NCBI GenBank assembly: GCA_963665095.1
Contig: OY762069.1
Location: 320,001 to 384,000, forward strand
From: an uncultured Desulfobacter sp.
GTDB taxonomy: Bacteria > Desulfobacterota > Desulfobacteria > Desulfobacterales > Desulfobacteraceae
DNA: 64,000 nucleotides
Direction: 5' to 3'
Positions within the stretch are counted from its first letter, which is position 1; every line of letters begins with the position of its first letter. Below, piece by piece: positions 59,730-64,000 of this stretch. The notes under the pieces are model-generated. The model saw only the letters and a list, made by a program, of their open reading frames with translations. It searched no databases and was not told the origin of the DNA. A program made the translations under genes and the position numbers.

Positions 59730-59965
59730 GTGTGCCTCCTTTTGTTTGGTTTTTGACCAGGTTTTCAGATTGGGCTTAAAGGATAAAGTATCTGTGATGG
59801 AAATTCAATACAGGTAAAAATGTCCACCGATAATGCTTTCCGGTATCAGTCTTGCTTGGTCTTTCTGAGAACAAAATTTGCTGATATGCCCTGCAGGGAA
59901 TTTGACTTGGCTGTTTGGGCATGCTAAAACCCTTTGCACACCATGGATATGGTAATAACACGCCC

Positions 59966-61402
59966 ATGACACCAGGAATTTCAAAAAAGCTTTTTATCTT
60001 TATTTTCTTATTCATCCTTATCTTTTACGGCACCGTATTTGGTTTATTTGTGAAGGTTCAGCAGATGTCTGATGCCTCTGCGCGGATTGTCGGCATCAGT
60101 AACCGTATTGCGGTACTGTCAAAGAATCTGAAGGACAGCCTCATTGAAATGGACACCAATATAAAAAAATTGAAGCTGTTGAAAAAAGAGGTCTACTTTG
60201 ACTATTTTGAGTCCGCAAGGCGGACCTATCAAACTGATTTCTTACAGATTCTTGCCCTGGACAAGATCCGGGAAACCCCTGCAGGCTTCTGGTCGGATAT
60301 TGACAAGGCATTTGGCAGCCGTATCCGGCCGGGCATGCCCATGCAGGCGTTGATGGATGATACTGTCGTCTGGATGGAACCCGGGGTCATGGAGCAGTGG
60401 ACAGGGGCCATTGCTGCGGCCAGAAAGGATAATGAAGCCAGAATTGAAGCTTCCCTGATCCAGATCAGTCGGTTAAGCCGGCAGGTGGTGAAAAACGGCA
60501 TGATTGGGTTTGGCATCTCCATTCTGGTGGGCATTATGGGGGTGCTGTTCATCTCCCGGTCCATTATTGTGCCGCTGAACAAGCTGAAATCCGGCTTGAA
60601 AAGTATCTCCCGTGACAACTATTCATATGAAATGCAGGTCTCTTCCCGGGATGAGTTCGGCCAGCTTGCGGCCACTTTCAACGATATGAACCGGCAGCTG
60701 AAAGCCGATGAAGAGATTCGCTCCGACTTTATTGCCACCCTCAGCCATGAGATCAGAAGCCCCTTATCCTCTATCCGTGAATCGGTGAATATGCTCACTG
60801 AGGAGGTCCTTGGGCCGGTGAATGAAAAGCAGAAAAAATTTTTAACCATTGCCGGCAATGAGATTGCCAGAATTACCAGCCTGTTGAACCATCTGCTGGA
60901 CGCCTCCATGCTGGTTGCAGGGGACGAAAAAAGACAGATCCGCCCCTTTGATCCCAATGCGCTTGTGGACTCAGCTGTTTTAAGCATTACTCCCGGTGCA
61001 AAGTCCAGGGAAATTGCCATTGGGTTTACCCCCCTTAAACAGGCACCCATGGTAAAGGCAGATGAAAAGGAGATCATGCAGGTGATGATTAATATCCTTG
61101 ATAATGCCATGAAATTTTCTCCCGGGAACAGCCGGGTGGATATCCGGCTGACCCGGGGACCGGGAAAGCAGTTTCTGACCTGTGGTATCAGTGACCAGGG
61201 GCCGGGGATTCCTGAGGACAAAAAGACCCTGATTTTTAAAAAATATTACCGGGCCAGGGAGGTCCGCAAACATATGAACGGTGTGGGGCTAGGCTTGAAT
61301 ATTGCCCGGCGGATCATCCATGCCAACGGCGGAGCTATTTTTGTGAAAAATAATCCGGATAAGGGGTGCACCTTTTCATTTACCCTGCCGGTTCATCAAT
61401 AA
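59966..61402 (+). CDS. HAMP sensor histidine kinase (GlrK/QseE-like)
   Basis: TM-periplasmic-TM-HAMP, SHEIRSPL, NILDNAMKFS, DQGPGI, GVGLGL; start uncertain. Confidence 0.92.
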   Translation: MTPGISKKLFIFIFLFILIFYGTVFGLFVKVQQMSDASARIVGISNRIAVLSKNLKDSLIEMDTNIKKLKLLKKEVYFDYFESARRTYQTDFLQILALDKIRETPAGFWSDIDKAFGSRIRPGMPMQALMDDTVVWMEPGVMEQWTGAIAAARKDNEARIEASLIQISRLSRQVVKNGMIGFGISILVGIMGVLFISRSIIVPLNKLKSGLKSISRDNYSYEMQVSSRDEFGQLAATFNDMNRQLKADEEIRSDFIATLSHEIRSPLSSIRESVNMLTEEVLGPVNEKQKKFLTIAGNEIARITSLLNHLLDASMLVAGDEKRQIRPFDPNALVDSAVLSITPGAKSREIAIGFTPLKQAPMVKADEKEIMQVMINILDNAMKFSPGNSRVDIRLTRGPGKQFLTCGISDQGPGIPEDKKTLIFKKYYRAREVRKHMNGVGLGLNIARRIIHANGGAIFVKNNPDKGCTFSFTLPVHQ

Positions 61403-61509
61403 CTGCCGCAAACGTCCCTGTTTTTTTGTTCAGGTTTGGTTCGAAACAGGATATGAAAGAAATTCAGAAATTTACTGAAAGTTAAAAAAATAAGCGCAAA
61501 GGAACGTCT

Positions 61510-62241
61510 ATGCTTCTTTTACGGATATCTGTCCGCTGCTTGAGATTGATGATAACAAGGGGGCAAAGCCGCCTGCTGTTTTTTTTAAAATTATGGATCT
61601 TTACCTGCCTTTTAAGTGCTTCCATTGGCGGGTGCGGATGGCTATCGACCTGTTCGGTTATCTGCCGGGATGAACTGGTGAAACAGGGGCAGGATGCGTA
61701 TTTAAATGAAGATTACACCCTTGCCCGGCAGGTTTTTCATGATCTTGCCTTGCGGGAAGATGATATTGATCTGCAGGCTGCCGGCTGCTACGGAATGCTG
61801 TGTCTTGACATGACCCTTGCAGAAAATGCCCCGGCCTTTCGTAAGGCCGCAGAGCAATTTTTCCTGCTGCCGTCCCGGCAGAACTATGCACCCCCGGTGG
61901 ATGGGATACAGGTGCCTGGGGCACAGGAAAACTGGCCCGGCCCCGAATTTCCATTTCTGCATCCTGCGATGCTGGTCAGGGCAATGGCCCATGGCACGGT
62001 GCTGCTGGAATCGGAGCGGGATGGCATCCTGGAGAAATTAAATGCGCTTTTTGCCAAAGAAAAGGTGTATATAAAAGAGCGGAGCAATATGCAGTCGGCC
62101 ATTGAAAATTTAAAACAGGAAATTGCTGATTTAAAAGCAATGGTTTTATCCGGACAGGAAGAGATAACAGCGCTTAAGCATCAGATCACCACCCTTGAAA
62201 ATATTGACAGGCAACAGCAGGAGCAAAGGAAAAATAAGTGA
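61510..62241 (+). CDS. Putative lipoprotein with C-terminal coiled coil (QseG-like position)
   Basis: Hydrophobic stretch ending SIGGC, coiled coil ending LKHQITTLENID; lies between kinase and regulator; start uncertain. Confidence 0.65.
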   Translation: MLLLRISVRCLRLMITRGQSRLLFFLKLWIFTCLLSASIGGCGWLSTCSVICRDELVKQGQDAYLNEDYTLARQVFHDLALREDDIDLQAAGCYGMLCLDMTLAENAPAFRKAAEQFFLLPSRQNYAPPVDGIQVPGAQENWPGPEFPFLHPAMLVRAMAHGTVLLESERDGILEKLNALFAKEKVYIKERSNMQSAIENLKQEIADLKAMVLSGQEEITALKHQITTLENIDRQQQEQRKNK

Positions 62242-63599
62242 CAGCAGCACCTAAAATATTAATTGTAGATGATGACCCAAGCATTCTGGAAGTTCTGGAT
62301 GCACGGCTGACCGCATCCAACTTTAAGGTGTTGAAGGCTAAGAATGCGGCCGGTGCCGAGCAGATACTCAAAGAGCAGCAGGGAATTGATCTTCTGGTAT
62401 CTGATATCAAAATGCCGGATAAGAGCGGTATGGAGCTGTTCAACGGTATCAGAAAAACCCTGCCGGATCTGCCGGTCATTTTCCTGACAGCTTACGGGAC
62501 GATACCCGATGCCGTGGAGGCCATCAAACAGGGTGCGGCTGACTATATTTCCAAGCCCTTTGACGGCCGGGAACTGATAAGAAAAATAGATGCGGTTATG
62601 GCAGTGCGGTCAACCGGGGCAAAGGTGCGCCCCGCCCCCGTAGTTGAAGCAGGATTTTACTGGGGCAAATCCACAGTTATGAAAAATCTTTACAATATGG
62701 TTCAAAAAGTGGCTGCCACCCAGGTGAATGTGCTGATCCTGGGCGAAAGCGGGGTGGGCAAGGAACAGATTGCCGGCTGCATTCACCGGAACAGCGAAAG
62801 AGACACCCGGCCTTATATGGTGGTGGACTGTGGTTCCACGCCCCCCGGAATTCTTGAAAGTGAGTTGTTCGGACATCTTAAAGGTGCGTTTACCCATGCG
62901 GTCAAGGACAAGGTGGGATTGATTCAGGCCGCCGATACAGGGACCCTTTTCCTGGATGAGATTGGTAATATTTCCCATGATATGCAGTGCAGGTTGTTAA
63001 GGTTTCTGGAGGACAAAAAGATCCGTCAGGTGGGGGCGGTCAAGGAAACGCCTGTGGACTGCCGGGTGATTGCCGCCACCAATGCCGATCTGGCGGAGGC
63101 CATTGAGACCGGCTCTTTCCGTCAGGATCTTTACTACCGGCTTAAAGGGATCACTTTAACCGTGCCGTCTCTGCGCAAACGCAAAGAGGATATTTATCCC
63201 CTGGCCGCGTTGTTCGCGGACAGGTACGCCGCTGATAACGGCATTGAGCAGATTCACATTTCTGATGCCGCCGTCAAGGTGCTGGAAGAGCATACCTGGC
63301 CCGGGAATGTACGCGAGTTGAAAAACATCATCGAAGCAGGCGCCGTGTTATGTCGGGATCACGTGATTGAGCCATGGGATCTGCAGGTTGAAAGTATCCG
63401 GAAAGATGCGGTGATGATCAGTGATCTGCCCGAATCACAGTCATTTTCCATTGAGCTTAGTGAAAAACAGACCATTATCCGGGCACTGAAACAGGCCCGG
63501 GGAGTGCAGAAAGACGCGGCTGAACTTGTAGGAATCAGCAAGCGGGCAATGCATTACAAAGTTAGAAAGTATGACATTGACCCTGGGGAATACAAATAG
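62238..63599 (+). CDS. Sigma54-dependent response regulator (NtrC/GlrR family)
   Basis: REC, GESGVGKE, ESELFGH.KGAFT, FLDEIG, WPGNVREL, Fis HTH. Confidence 0.95.
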   Translation: MTAAPKILIVDDDPSILEVLDARLTASNFKVLKAKNAAGAEQILKEQQGIDLLVSDIKMPDKSGMELFNGIRKTLPDLPVIFLTAYGTIPDAVEAIKQGAADYISKPFDGRELIRKIDAVMAVRSTGAKVRPAPVVEAGFYWGKSTVMKNLYNMVQKVAATQVNVLILGESGVGKEQIAGCIHRNSERDTRPYMVVDCGSTPPGILESELFGHLKGAFTHAVKDKVGLIQAADTGTLFLDEIGNISHDMQCRLLRFLEDKKIRQVGAVKETPVDCRVIAATNADLAEAIETGSFRQDLYYRLKGITLTVPSLRKRKEDIYPLAALFADRYAADNGIEQIHISDAAVKVLEEHTWPGNVRELKNIIEAGAVLCRDHVIEPWDLQVESIRKDAVMISDLPESQSFSIELSEKQTIIRALKQARGVQKDAAELVGISKRAMHYKVRKYDIDPGEYK

Positions 63600-63630
63600 A
63601 ACTATCCTGCTGGTTCAATTCAATTATTGG

Positions 63631-63984
63631 CTATTCGGCTGCAACGGCATTGGTCACTATTAATAAGATACCATGTTTGTTCTTTTCAAGCCGCCCGCTG
63701 ACCATGACCACTTTGCCCACCATGGTTTCAAGGGCCGGGACACCTGGCTCCGGATCCTGTTTTAACAGATATGTGCCGGTCCCGTTGATCAGGGTCAGGC
63801 CTGATTTGCCCACTTCAACAATTCCCCTGTAGATGCCCTTTTCCTTTGCATAGTTGAGTCCGGGGGCAGGGGTTACAGCATCTTTCATGTACGCGTGACC
63901 CGGCTGTCCCTGTTCACTGGCTGAGGCAGGCAACCAGATCACTGACAGACTGAGAGCCATAAGGGCCGTGATGGTCTTTTTCAT
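63631..63984 (-). CDS. Exported hypothetical protein (small OB-fold-like)
   Basis: Signal peptide MKKTITALMALSLSVIWLPASA, GAGGAG RBS. Confidence 0.75.
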   Translation of the reverse strand: MKKTITALMALSLSVIWLPASASEQGQPGHAYMKDAVTPAPGLNYAKEKGIYRGIVEVGKSGLTLINGTGTYLLKQDPEPGVPALETMVGKVVMVSGRLEKNKHGILLIVTNAVAAE

Positions 63985-64000
63985 TTTATCTCCTCGTGTT

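Noticed and set aside
19478..63541. Long overlapping antisense ORFs (e.g. 19478-20440, 47899-48609, 57607-58398)
   Set aside because: Shadows of well-supported genes on the opposite strand, with no motifs.

Overview
Bacterial genomic DNA whose gene content suggests an anaerobic deltaproteobacterium of the Desulfobacteraceae type (inference from gene families, not from a search). Bases 1-19.3 kb are a mobile-element hotspot. They hold a 59-bp attC-like site beside a frameshifted non-IntI tyrosine recombinase, and an IS21-family element with two extra ORFs, a 7-bp TSD and a tandemly duplicated right end. Two divergent three-gene transposons (Zn-ribbon ORF, DDE transposase, ExeA/TnsC-like ATPase) follow, one splitting a PAS sensor gene, then a toxin-antitoxin pair and an intact group II intron. 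The most striking unexplained signal is a ~190-nt covarying, strand-specific structured non-coding element shared at the 3' end of both three-gene transposons. Metabolic and housekeeping genes follow: an uncharacterised glycyl radical enzyme operon with a split-barrel partner, MFS/TetR, an AcsE-like methyltransferase, a 2-oxoacid:ferredoxin oxidoreductase with GntR, a divergent GlpX-like protein, RecD2, IHF and a CoA transferase. The rest comprises a full chemotaxis cluster, a TonB receptor-YfiR-hybrid kinase trio, hairpin repeats, a PEP-CTERM gene tangled with an IS4 remnant (probably partly an assembly artefact), a second TA pair and a GlrK/QseG/GlrR-like sigma54 system. No rRNA, tRNA or CRISPR array was recognised. 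All calls come from reading the sequence; no searches were run.
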